DNA of 64,000 bases, from the NCBI GenBank assembly GCA_043771685.1, contig JAYVGX010000034.1:11690-75689 (forward strand), read 5' to 3'. The notes beneath the pieces are model-generated. The model did no database searches. It worked only from the letters and a program-made list of their open reading frames with translations, and was not told where the DNA came from. Origin of the DNA: Minisyncoccota bacterium. GTDB taxonomy: Bacteria; Patescibacteriota; Minisyncoccia; Phycocordibacterales; UBA9973. Positions 1 through 8,919 of the stretch are shown piece after piece. Both the position numbers and the translations under genes were made by a program. Position 1 is the stretch's first letter. Each line of letters starts with the position of its first letter.

Positions 1-947
1 ATTACAGGATCGAGCTCTTTTATATACAACCTTACCTTGTTGCGGTCTTCGTCGCACAATACAGCTGTCCCAAAACAAGCCAGAACATTGTAATTGTTAA
101 ACTCACCTATTAATTTATGTTCTAATCTTTCAGTAAAGTCAGCGTTGTCGTGCAAAGCATTCTCTTTATTTAAACTATAAAAATACTTTTTTGCTTTAGA
201 GTCTTTTAACATAAAGCTCCCATATTTATCATCCATATTCGACAAAGCAAAAGCCTCGGCTGGTAATTGGTCAAAGAACTTTTTCTTTGCCTCGGCATAA
301 TTCTCAAAAGTTTTGTGATAGTCTATATGATCATGAGTCAGATTAGTAAAGACTCCACCAGCAAAAGAAAGACCTGCAATTCTTTTTTGATCAATAGCAT
401 GAGAAGAGACTTCCATAAAAACGTACTCACAACCGTGATCAGCCATACGAGAAAGTATTTTGTTTAAAGTTATTGAATCTGGAGTTGTTCGCTCTGCGTC
501 TTGTATTTGATCATTTATTTTTATACAAACTGTACCTATGAGACCTACGCGCCAATCCATCTTGCGATAAAGTTGGTGCAATAATGTCGTCACTGTTGTT
601 TTACCATTGGTACCTGTCACACCGATGAGTTTCAACTTCTCTGTTGGAAAGTCATAGTACGCATGAGCAATGTGCCCAATTGCTTCATGAGTTGATCCCA
701 CGCGGATATATGTCACATCTGTATGGTATGCTATCAATTCTTTTTCGTGGACTATAACAGTTGCGCCATTTTCTATAGCACTCGATATAAAGTTATGCCC
801 ATCGACTTTGTCGCCAGCTAAAGCCACAAATAAACCACTTTCTTTGGCTTCATTAGAAGAAAGATAAATACCAGAAATTTCCCTCTCCAAAAAACCCTTT
901 ACTTCCAATGGGTTTATTTCACCAATTATGTCTTGCAGATGTTTCAT
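1..947 (-). CDS. murE: UDP-N-acetylmuramoyl-tripeptide synthetase MurE (3' end runs off the window)
   Basis: Manual translation from ATG 947: MKHLQDII...GVTGTNGKTT (Mur ligase P-loop), TTPD, MEVSSHA, FTNLTHDHIDYH. Confidence 0.93.
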   Translation of the reverse strand, partial: MKHLQDIIGEINPLEVKGFLEREISGIYLSSNEAKESGLFVALAGDKVDGHNFISSAIENGATVIVHEKELIAYHTDVTYIRVGSTHEAIGHIAHAYYDFPTEKLKLIGVTGTNGKTTVTTLLHQLYRKMDWRVGLIGTVCIKINDQIQDAERTTPDSITLNKILSRMADHGCEYVFMEVSSHAIDQKRIAGLSFAGGVFTNLTHDHIDYHKTFENYAEAKKKFFDQLPAEAFALSNMDDKYGSFMLKDSKAKKYFYSLNKENALHDNADFTERLEHKLIGEFNNYNVLACFGTAVLCDEDRNKVRLYIKELDPV

Positions 948-1008
948 AATTAAATTTTAGCACGAAAACAACACAAAAGAAAACAGACAACTCTTGGCGA
1001 ATTGTCTG

Positions 1009-1584
1009 TTATTTTTGTAGCCACTTGTTGTATTCTTCTATTATTATTTGAGGGACACGTTCGATATTGTTTTCTGGTAAACCAGTATCGATGACGCAGT
1101 CGTAGTTAGTTTCATCTTGATGATCATTTATATCATACAAATCCTTATAACGTTTTCTTTCGCTTTCTAAACGAAAATTAATTGCATTCAAAATTGAATC
1201 TTTTGTATGAAAATTACCAGATTCATTTTGTCTGTTTTTGTTTTCTGTATCTTTCAAAATCCTTTCAGCTGCAATTTCTGGTTTTAATTTTAAAAAAACT
1301 TTAAAAGATTCTGGTATGAAGAACCAAGCTAAACGTCCATCGACAACTATATTTTCCATACTTACTAATTCTTTATTTGAATTATCTAAAATCTCGTCGA
1401 TACTTGGATCAGTTTCGGCCGCGATACTTAATTCATTTAGGGTAACTCCTCTTTCTTGAGCCAAGATTCTCATAAAATCACCAGTTGATTTATGAGTATA
1501 CGAAAGTAATGAAGCAACAGCTTTCCCGGTTGTTGATTTACCTGCTCCTAAATTTCCTGTGATTGTTATGATTTGTTTTTTCAT
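1009..1584 (-). CDS. cmk: Cytidylate kinase, archaeal-type (AAA_17/NMP kinase)
   Basis: ITITGNLGAGKST P-loop, STGDFMR, VVDGRLAW, RYKDLY. Start moved to MKKQII (1584). Confidence 0.8.
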   Translation of the reverse strand: MKKQIITITGNLGAGKSTTGKAVASLLSYTHKSTGDFMRILAQERGVTLNELSIAAETDPSIDEILDNSNKELVSMENIVVDGRLAWFFIPESFKVFLKLKPEIAAERILKDTENKNRQNESGNFHTKDSILNAINFRLESERKRYKDLYDINDHQDETNYDCVIDTGLPENNIERVPQIIIEEYNKWLQK

Positions 1585-1675
1585 ATAAAGATAATTAAAG
1601 TTTGAATTTCTTTTAAGAACAATAGCATAGAAAGTAGATATAGTCAAAAAGACTTTTTTTTGATACACTCATAAA

Positions 1676-2911
1676 ATGAAAATCCTTGCTATAGAAACAT
1701 CTTGCGACGAGACAGCTTTATGTATTGTCGAGATGAATCAAGAAAATAACCAAATAAATATAGAGATACAAGCCAATGAAATAGCATCCCAGATAGCACT
1801 CCATGCACAATACGGTGGTGTCTACCCTGCTATGGCTAAACGCGAGCACGTCAAAAACATTTACCCGATTTTAATCCAAGTTTTAAAAGAGAGTAACAAT
1901 TATTTTGAAAGTAAAGACAGTTTTAGTAAAGAGCAAACAGAAAAATTAAAAGAAATTCTAAACCACGAACAAGAATTGTGTGATTTAATTTTAAACTCGT
2001 CGAAATTAGAAAAACCAGACATAGACAACATCGCTGTGACTTATGGTCCAGGGCTCGAGCCAGCACTTTGGGTTGGAGTCAATTTTGCGCAAGCGCTTTC
2101 ATATATCTGGGATATACCACTTCTACCGGTCAATCACATGGAAGGTCATTTAGTTTCGAGTTTACTTCCAATTTACGAAAAAAATAAAAAAATAATTTTA
2201 AAAGAAATGCCAGAAAGTGCAATTGGCCTTTTGGTTTCTGGTGGTCATACACAAATAGTAAAAATAGAAAATAAAAACCAATACGAGATTATCGGACAAA
2301 CTGTCGACGATGCCGTCGGCGAGGCTTATGACAAGGTAGCGCGCATGCTCGAACTGCCTTATCCAGGAGGACCACAGATTTCAAGGCTGGCAGAGATGGG
2401 GCGAGAAGCTCCCCTCCTTATCGAGGAGGGGGTTGGGGGTGGTGATCTAAAAATTAATCACCACCCCGCCTTATCAGGCACCCCTCCTCGTCAAGGAGGG
2501 GGTATCAAATTCCCTCGCCCGATGCTTCACTCAGGTGATTATAATTTTTCTTTCTCAGGATTAAAGACTGCAGTGTTGTACTATATACGTGACAATGAAA
2601 TAAAAAATGAAGAAGACAAAGTAAATATAGCACTTGCTTTCGAAGACGCAGCTGTCGGCGTTCTCGTTTCAAAAACAATGCATGCATTAGAAGAAAATGG
2701 TGCGACTCATTTACTGCTCGGGGGTGGAGTCAGTGCTAATAAACATTTACGATCAGAACTTTTACAGAAATGTGGTGAATCTAATGTAACAATCTATGAA
2801 CCAGTCCGCGAAATAACCGGCGACAATGCTCTGATGATCGCAATGGCAGGATTTTTAAACCCACAAACAACAACACAAAAAGTCACAGCGCAAGGTAATT
2901 TGTCTTTGTAA
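1676..2911 (+). CDS. tsaD: tRNA N6-threonylcarbamoyltransferase TsaD, carrying an in-frame palindromic insertion
   Basis: ILAIETSCDET, VNHMEGH, LLVSGGHT, DDAVGEAYDKVAR, FSFSGLKTA, GGVSAN, DNALMIA. Confidence 0.97.
   Translation: MKILAIETSCDETALCIVEMNQENNQINIEIQANEIASQIALHAQYGGVYPAMAKREHVKNIYPILIQVLKESNNYFESKDSFSKEQTEKLKEILNHEQELCDLILNSSKLEKPDIDNIAVTYGPGLEPALWVGVNFAQALSYIWDIPLLPVNHMEGHLVSSLLPIYEKNKKIILKEMPESAIGLLVSGGHTQIVKIENKNQYEIIGQTVDDAVGEAYDKVARMLELPYPGGPQISRLAEMGREAPLLIEEGVGGGDLKINHHPALSGTPPRQGGGIKFPRPMLHSGDYNFSFSGLKTAVLYYIRDNEIKNEEDKVNIALAFEDAAVGVLVSKTMHALEENGATHLLLGGGVSANKHLRSELLQKCGESNVTIYEPVREITGDNALMIAMAGFLNPQTTTQKVTAQGNLSL
2411..2501. repeat. REP-like composite palindromic element inside tsaD
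   Basis: CCCCTCCT-N5-AGGAGGGG at 2411-2431 and 2481-2501, flanking a GGGGTGGTGAT/ATCACCACCCC stem (2436-2467); GC-rich island in an AT-rich gene. Confidence 0.85.
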
Positions 2912-2940
2912 AAACCCTTTTAAAATGTTATATTTTATAC

Positions 2941-5118
2941 ATGCCTGAATACAAAGAACCAAATATTGATAAGAAATTTCTAAAACCATACGACGCCAAT
3001 GAAACTGAAAAAAGGATTTATGAACTTTGGGAGCAAAGTGGTCTATTCAACCCAGATGTATGTGTAGAAAAAGGTCACACTAAAGGTGATGCACTTCCCT
3101 TTACTATCATCATGCCTCCAGCTAATGCCAATGGAAATCTACACGCAGGACACGGTTTAGTTATGACTATCGAGGACATCATCACTCGTTATAAACGCAT
3201 GCAAGGATATAAAGCACTTTGGTTACCGGGACTCGACCATGCTGGTTTTGAAACTCAAGTTGTTTATGAAAAAAAATTAGAAAAAGAAGGACGCTCTCGT
3301 TTTGGTATGGATCGAAATGATTTATACAAAGAAATTTTAGATTTCACAAAAACTAATTCTGTAAATATCCAATCACAGATCCGTGATATGGGTGCTTCTT
3401 GTGATTGGTCACGCGAACAATTCACACTCAATGACAATATAATTAAAACAGTTTACAGTACGTTTAAAAAACTAGAAAACGATGGTCTACTTTATCGTGG
3501 TAAAAAAATAGTGTCTTGGTGTAGTAAACATCAAACATCATTTTCTAATTTGGAAATACTAGATGAAGAAAGAATAGAACCATTTTATTATTTAAAATAC
3601 GGACCATTCATAATAGCTACATCTCGTCCTGAAACAAAGTTCGGTGACAAATACGTTGTCATGCACCCAGACGACACTCGCTATAACCAATACGAACATG
3701 GACAACAATTAGAATTGGAATGGATCAATGGTCCTATCACGACAACTGTTATAAAAGACGAAAGTGTCGACATGGAATTTGGGACTGGAGTCATGACCAT
3801 CACCCCGAACCACGACCAAACAGACTTTGAAATCGCTCAGAGATACAACTTGGACCACGAACAAGTAATAGATGATAACGGTAAATTATTAAACATAGCA
3901 GGCGAATTCTCAGGTTTACATATAAATAAAGCCCGACCTCTTATAATAGAGAAACTGCAATCAAAAGGACTTGTGGATAGAATCGATGAGAACTATAAGC
4001 ATGTAGTCCGAACTTGTTATAAATGCAATACAATTATAGAACCACAAATAAAAAGTCAGTGGTTTATAAATATGAAGCCATTAGCAGAAAAAGCTCTCGA
4101 GAAAATAAACGCTGATGAAATAAAATACATACCTGAGCATTACAAGAAAGTAAGCGTTGCTTGGCTTGAAAATATAATGGATTGGAATATCTCTCGTCAG
4201 ATTGTTTGGGGTATACCGATACCAGCGCAAATATGTGACAGTTGTGATACAGGCTATGTAGACCTAGACAATACTATAAAAACTTGTAAAAAATGTGGCA
4301 AAGAAACAAGAGCAGATGTAGACACTTTTGATACTTGGTTCTCGTCTGGTCAGTGGCCTTATGCGACTCTTGGTTTTCCTGATAATCCAGACTTTAAAAA
4401 TTATTATCCGACCGATGTTATGGAGACAGCCGGAGAAATTATTTTCTTTTGGGTTTCTCGGATGATCATGCTCGGACTTTATGTTACAGGAGAACTCCCT
4501 TTCAAAACTGTTTACTTGCATGGATTAGTCCTTGATGCAAAAGGTAAAAAGATGAGTAAAAGTAAAGGTAATGTTATAAGCCCTTTAGACTTAACAGCCA
4601 AATACGGTACCGATGCATTTCGAATTGGTTTGATAGTTGGAAATACTCCTGGAACTTCCCTTGCACTTTCTGAAGACAAGATACGAGCTTATAAAAACTT
4701 TGCTAACAAGCTCTGGAACATAACTCGCTTTGTTTTAAGTTCAACAGAAGATGTCAAAATAGATTATGATTTTATAAATTATTCTGAAAATGATAAAAAT
4801 TTGATAAAAGAAAGAGATGAACTGATAAATGAATTAACAAAAGAAATGGATGAATTCAAATTCTATATTGCTGCCGAGAAAACATATCATTATATTTGGG
4901 ACACTTATGCAAGTACGATACTCGAAGAAAGTAAAAAGATATTTGAAGATACTAGTGATGAAAATAAAGTTTCTCGCCAGCAATTCTTGCTTCACACTCT
5001 AGAAAAGATTTTAATAATATTGCATCCTTTTATGCCATTTGTCACAGAAGAGATATGGCAAACGTGGAAAAACAACAACAGTATTTTAATGGTCCAGAAA
5101 TGGCCACAAAATAAATAA
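2941..5118 (+). CDS. valS: Valine--tRNA ligase (short form without the C-terminal coiled coil)
   Basis: PPANANGNLHAGH (HIGH), DWNISRQIVWG, DTFDTWFSS, KMSKS. Confidence 0.96.
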   Translation: MPEYKEPNIDKKFLKPYDANETEKRIYELWEQSGLFNPDVCVEKGHTKGDALPFTIIMPPANANGNLHAGHGLVMTIEDIITRYKRMQGYKALWLPGLDHAGFETQVVYEKKLEKEGRSRFGMDRNDLYKEILDFTKTNSVNIQSQIRDMGASCDWSREQFTLNDNIIKTVYSTFKKLENDGLLYRGKKIVSWCSKHQTSFSNLEILDEERIEPFYYLKYGPFIIATSRPETKFGDKYVVMHPDDTRYNQYEHGQQLELEWINGPITTTVIKDESVDMEFGTGVMTITPNHDQTDFEIAQRYNLDHEQVIDDNGKLLNIAGEFSGLHINKARPLIIEKLQSKGLVDRIDENYKHVVRTCYKCNTIIEPQIKSQWFINMKPLAEKALEKINADEIKYIPEHYKKVSVAWLENIMDWNISRQIVWGIPIPAQICDSCDTGYVDLDNTIKTCKKCGKETRADVDTFDTWFSSGQWPYATLGFPDNPDFKNYYPTDVMETAGEIIFFWVSRMIMLGLYVTGELPFKTVYLHGLVLDAKGKKMSKSKGNVISPLDLTAKYGTDAFRIGLIVGNTPGTSLALSEDKIRAYKNFANKLWNITRFVLSSTEDVKIDYDFINYSENDKNLIKERDELINELTKEMDEFKFYIAAEKTYHYIWDTYASTILEESKKIFEDTSDENKVSRQQFLLHTLEKILIILHPFMPFVTEEIWQTWKNNNSILMVQKWPQNK

Positions 5119-5119
5119 T

Positions 5120-5803
5120 ATGCAATTTGAAATACAAACTATAATTTACGCAATCCTCGGTGGTGCACTACCAGCTATTGGATGGTTGTGGTTTTGGATA
5201 CATCAAGAAGACGAGAATCATGAGCCACTGGGGCTTATAGTAATGTCTTTTATTGTGGGCTCTCTACTGGTATTTTTTGCTATTGCCTTAGAACGATTTA
5301 CTTTTAATCTAGGCATACAAGGAACAGCTCAAATAATAGTCTGGGCTGCAATCGAAGAACTTTTGAAGCTAGCTGGTTTTGCTGTTATTATGTATGGACA
5401 TAGTTCCATAGACGAACCTATCGATTATCCGATGTATCTAATCGCTGTTGCTCTAGGTTTTGCTGCTCTTGAGAATGTGCTTTATTTACTTAAACCAGAA
5501 CTAGGTGTAGGAACTATCGTTAGTTTGTTTACTGGTAATTTAAGATTCCTTGGATCAACTCTTTTACACGCGATAGCGAGCTCGATGATTGGTAGTGCCA
5601 TCGCTCTATCTATTTATCTAAATAAAAACCGTGCTCTTTATTTATTTTTTGGAATAACTGCTGCTATAGTATTGCATAGTGTCTTTAATTTTTTTATAAT
5701 GGATGTAAGCGGCAAAAACTTTCTTTCTGTTTTTGGTTTTCTTTGGATTGTCGCGATTATAAATATTTTAATTTTTGAAAAATTAAAACGCATAGGATCT
5801 TAA
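5120..5803 (+). CDS. PrsW-family intramembrane protease
   Basis: IEELLK, LGFAALEN, LLHA and LHSVFN motifs; multiple TM segments. Confidence 0.88.
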   Translation: MQFEIQTIIYAILGGALPAIGWLWFWIHQEDENHEPLGLIVMSFIVGSLLVFFAIALERFTFNLGIQGTAQIIVWAAIEELLKLAGFAVIMYGHSSIDEPIDYPMYLIAVALGFAALENVLYLLKPELGVGTIVSLFTGNLRFLGSTLLHAIASSMIGSAIALSIYLNKNRALYLFFGITAAIVLHSVFNFFIMDVSGKNFLSVFGFLWIVAIINILIFEKLKRIGS

Positions 5804-5823
5804 TCTTTATTATAAAATAATAT

Positions 5824-6327
5824 ATGTCAAATAAAAAATCTTTTTTTGAAAGAATAACAGGTAGTATGAAAATGAGCGACGAAGACGAGAGCGATGTCGA
5901 AGCTATCTACGGAAATAGTAAAAAGTTAAATATTATCGAGAAAGAAAATCCATCTACTCATAATCATAATGAAATTTCAGAGAATAACTGGGACGAAGAA
6001 GCTGAACTTACTTGCGATCTTTATGACACTCCAAATGAAATAATTGTTCAGACAATGGTTGCTGGTGTTTCTCCTGAAAATTTATCTATTAACATAACTC
6101 GCGATAGTATAACCATCCGTGGTAAACGTGAAGACACACGATCTGGATCATCTATTAACTTTTTTATACAAGAACTGTACTGGGGTTCTTTTGCTCGAAA
6201 AATAGACCTTCCAGATGAAATAGACCCAGACCAATGTGAAGCTATAGAAAAGCACGGCTTATTGATAGTCAAGATGCCAAAGATAGATAAAAACAGAGAA
6301 ACAAAAGTAAAGATTAAATCTATATAA
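5824..6327 (+). CDS. Hsp20/alpha-crystallin small heat-shock protein
   Basis: DLYDTPNEIIVQTMVAGV...ELYWGSFARKIDLP...HGLLIVKMPK. Confidence 0.92.
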   Translation: MSNKKSFFERITGSMKMSDEDESDVEAIYGNSKKLNIIEKENPSTHNHNEISENNWDEEAELTCDLYDTPNEIIVQTMVAGVSPENLSINITRDSITIRGKREDTRSGSSINFFIQELYWGSFARKIDLPDEIDPDQCEAIEKHGLLIVKMPKIDKNRETKVKIKSI

Positions 6328-6331
6328 GACG

Positions 6332-6353
6332 AAACCGCCTAAGGCGGTTTTTT
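6332..6353 (+). terminator. Rho-independent terminator after hsp20
   Basis: AAACCGCC-TAA-GGCGGTTT followed by a T-run. Confidence 0.8.
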
Positions 6354-6412
6354 GGTAATTGAAAGATATAGCTTAGGGCGTTAGTGTTCTGTAATCACAG
6401 ATACTTTTATAC

Positions 6413-6604
6413 TCTGCCGCGAAAGTGCGTTGGCACTTTCTCTCAAGCACAAACAAAGACTTGATCTCGCATAATTTTCTGGTGAAAATTTGCACGATCC
6501 CGTCTCGCGCCGTCGCGCTCCGACTTTCAAGTCTGCCGCGAAAGTGAAATTGTTCACTTTCTCTCAAGCACAAACAAAAAAAAAGAGCTTACGCTCTTTT
6601 TTTT
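6413..6604. repeat. Two direct repeats that are inverted copies of the tRNA-Phe 3' end, each with an inserted hairpin
   Basis: TCTGCC-gcgaaagtg..cactttct-CTCAAGCACAAACAAA at 6413-6457 and again from 6532. The second copy extends to TTCAAGTCTGCC (6526) and pairs with 6593-6629. Confidence 0.85.
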
Positions 6605-6609
6605 GTTTG

Positions 6610-6682
6610 TGCTTGAGGGCAGACTTGAACTGCCGACATCTCCCTCTTCAGGGGAGCGCTCTACCAACTGAGCTACTCAAGC
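6610..6682 (-). tRNA. tRNA-Phe(GAA)
   Basis: GCTTGAGTAGCTCAGTTGGTAGAGCGCTCCCCTGAAGAGGGAGATGTCGGCAGTTCAAGTCTGCCCTCAAGCA forms a cloverleaf with anticodon GAA; CCA not encoded. Confidence 0.96.
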
Positions 6683-6730
6683 ATTATTAATTTAAACTTA
6701 TACATTACTTTTATATCACGAATTGCTTTT

Positions 6731-6826
6731 TCTACCAAAACAGCTACTCAAGCATATAATATTTCTTTCATTTAAAAACAACTTATATTTTAAAAACTGC
6801 GTTATTTACCAAAACAACTACTCAAG
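6731..6826. repeat. Degenerate tandem copies of the tRNA-Phe 5' end
   Basis: tctaccaaaacagctactcaagca (6731-6754) and tttaccaaaacaactactcaag (6805-6826) versus the tRNA's tctaccaactgagctactcaagca (6660-6683). Confidence 0.75.
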
Positions 6827-6846
6827 GAAATCAAACTAATTCTATT

Positions 6847-7137
6847 TTAATTACTCAATTCTTCTAATAATTTCATTTGAGATTCTTTTAAATCTTGGAC
6901 TGATGATTGTGATGTTCCATCTCCTCCTGTGTATGCATCCAAAACTCCATTAAAGTTTGGCAATATAGACTTGATAAAATATCCTGCTCCAATAAAAGAA
7001 AGAATGATAAATGTCCAATACACAGCACGTGAAATCATATTTATCTTATGACCACGAACAAGCACCTTTAACATATTGTTATTTTCTTTGGCTATTTGGA
7101 CTTCCTCTTTTAAGAGCATTTTTGTTTCTTCATCCAT
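6847..7137 (-). CDS. Hypothetical single-TM protein
   Basis: ORF from MDEETK with one hydrophobic segment (VYWTFIILSFIGAGYFI). Confidence 0.7.
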   Translation of the reverse strand: MDEETKMLLKEEVQIAKENNNMLKVLVRGHKINMISRAVYWTFIILSFIGAGYFIKSILPNFNGVLDAYTGGDGTSQSSVQDLKESQMKLLEELSN

Positions 7138-7170
7138 TAGGTCTAATATAGCATATTTAGACAAAAAATA

Positions 7171-7193
7171 AAAGGCAGTAGTATACTGCCTTT
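7171..7193 (-). terminator. Rho-independent terminator
   Basis: AAAGGCAGTA-GTA-TACTGCCTTT hairpin with an A-run on its left (U-tract on the minus strand). Confidence 0.65.
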
Positions 7194-7212
7194 ATTGTTA
7201 AATAATGTTTCT

Positions 7213-7506
7213 TTATACAATACTCATTTCGTATGTTGAGTTTTCAGTTTCGATAAAGAATTCTTTTTCGTTTTTTTTAACCACTGTAACAACCATACTT
7301 GTTACAGGATGTTCAAAATTCTGTTGTTCACCATACTTATTTTTTAGAATTCGAAGACACCTTATTGGTGATCCTACGCCTCCACTGTAAAAAACAAATA
7401 GTCTGTGTTTTTTCTTAGCTTTTACTGGTTTTTGATTTTGTCTTGCTAATCTAATTAGCAAAACTTCCGTTCCTGTTGGAACGATCAAAGATGGCATTTT
7501 TTCCAT
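7213..7506 (-). CDS. Hypothetical protein
   Basis: ORF from MEKMPS followed by a terminator; no motif recognised. Confidence 0.5.
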   Translation of the reverse strand: MEKMPSLIVPTGTEVLLIRLARQNQKPVKAKKKHRLFVFYSGGVGSPIRCLRILKNKYGEQQNFEHPVTSMVVTVVKKNEKEFFIETENSTYEMSIV

Positions 7507-7854
7507 AATTAAATAAGGGTTTAGAATTTTTTTAAAAGAACAAAAAAAACTAGTCTTAAAGTTTTGAGGCTTAAAGACTAGTTTTTGATAAAATTTTGTG
7601 GAGAGAAATGTTAGCAAAAATCAGTCTTCAAGTTTAAAATACACACCACTTTACGTGTACAATTTTTAAACAGACTAATATTTTTCAAATTTCTTAACAT
7701 ATTTTTATTGTTACATAATGACTCAAACAAGTCAACGAATTTTCCACAAGTGTGTTTATTGTACCAAGCTCGAACCTATTTCCAAAATCGCTAATGTGCC
7801 ACTCGCGGAGCGCGTCCCACCTTCTGGCTTTGAAAAAGCCGTTGAGTTCTGTGT

Positions 7855-7929
7855 TGGTGCCATCGACAGGAATCGAACCTGTATTTAGGGCTTAGGAGTC
7901 CCTCGTTCTATCCATTGAACTACGACGGC
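7855..7929 (-). tRNA. tRNA-Arg(CCT)
   Basis: GCCGTCGTAGTTCAATGGATAGAACGAGGGACTCCTAAGCCCTAAATACAGGTTCGATTCCTGTCGATGGCACCA; anticodon CCT, encoded CCA. Confidence 0.93.
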
Positions 7930-7933
7930 ATTT

Positions 7934-8551
7934 CTATAAAGATTTTTTTATTTCTTTTATTAAACTCATTATTAATTTAAAATAATATTCTGATTTTGTT
8001 ACTCTAACACGACACATACCATACTTCAATTTACCTTCTTTTTTACCGTAAAGAACATTAACATTCAATATTTGATTTAATGGTATCTTTAAAAGATTAG
8101 CCCAATATTTTCTAACGACATCTTTATCTAAATCAGAATAAACACGTAAAGTAATTCTTAAGTCTTCTTTTTGAACTCCAATTTCTTCTAGGCATTTAAT
8201 GAAAATTCTGATCAAATCTGGGTCACTATTAACCAAGTTTAATTCTTTCTTGTTGCCTTCTCCCCAATACAAACACGACAAAATAAAAAGTAAATCCCTA
8301 TTTTTTATATTACCGATTAAATTTTTAGCATTTAATTCAGAATCCTGCCATTTTTTAAAAGAACGAACCTTACTACCTCCTTGTTTGTCTTTCAAAATTT
8401 GAATATATTTTGGTAAAACTACTACCTCTTGAATATACCTATGTATAGTTGCATTACCTCTATTTGTTAATTTTCTTATTTCTGGCAAACTGTGACCCGT
8501 TTGTCTTAATTTTATTATATATTCAATTTCTACATTGTTAAGCCTTTTCAT
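7934..8551 (-). CDS. HTH plus LAGLIDADG-like domain protein adjacent to a tRNA
   Basis: N-terminal HTH (LRQTGHSLPEIRKLTNRGNATIHRY); LYWGEG...NSDPDLIRIF...KYW...YGMC pattern; ends 4 nt before tRNA-Arg. Confidence 0.7.
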   Translation of the reverse strand: MKRLNNVEIEYIIKLRQTGHSLPEIRKLTNRGNATIHRYIQEVVVLPKYIQILKDKQGGSKVRSFKKWQDSELNAKNLIGNIKNRDLLFILSCLYWGEGNKKELNLVNSDPDLIRIFIKCLEEIGVQKEDLRITLRVYSDLDKDVVRKYWANLLKIPLNQILNVNVLYGKKEGKLKYGMCRVRVTKSEYYFKLIMSLIKEIKKSL

Positions 8552-8562
8552 AAACTAATTAT

Positions 8563-8608
8563 AACAGAAAATACACTACCATACTAGGACGATAGTGTAC
8601 TTTCTGTT
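8563..8608. promoter_or_regulatory. 16-bp inverted repeat (operator or terminator) next to a TATAAT -10 of the LAGLIDADG-like gene
   Basis: AACAGAAAATACACTA / TAGTGTACTTTCTGTT with 1 mismatch; minus-strand TATAAT at 8558-8563. Confidence 0.55.
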
Positions 8609-8611
8609 TAC

Positions 8612-8851
8612 CTATTCTGTTATACCCAATAGTTCTACTATCTTTGGTTTATTGAAACCAACTATAACATTATTTTTAATTAATATAACTGGTACACCCA
8701 TTTGGCCACTTTTTTCAATCATCTCTTTTCTTTTTTCTGGATTCTCACCAACATTGAAGTCCTCGAACTCTACTCCTTTTTCTTTAAAGAAATCTTTTGC
8801 CATGTGACAGAAATGACATGAATTTGTACTGTATATTGTTACTTTTTCCAT
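8612..8851 (-). CDS. Glutaredoxin-like protein (NrdH/YruB family)
   Basis: IYSTNSCHFC, GQMGVPVI, IVGFN. Confidence 0.92.
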   Translation of the reverse strand: MEKVTIYSTNSCHFCHMAKDFFKEKGVEFEDFNVGENPEKRKEMIEKSGQMGVPVILIKNNVIVGFNKPKIVELLGITE

Positions 8852-8919
8852 AAAATTTTTACCTTGCGGTCTTATTATTAATCTCTATTTATTATAGCAT
8901 ACGAGTCAAGCATACTAAA

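Noticed and set aside
6373-6690. ORFs 6373-6573 and 6490-6690, or an intron-containing second tRNA
   Set aside because: The ORFs are translations of repeat and tRNA sequence; the inverted copies lack D and anticodon arms.
6660-6826. CRISPR array
   Set aside because: Only three degenerate units, derived from the tRNA 5' end; no cas genes in the window.
7795-7852. GC-rich structured stretch downstream of tRNA-Arg as an ncRNA or att site
   Set aside because: Only a 6-nt match (GTGCCA) to the tRNA end and a short hairpin; no recognisable RNA family.
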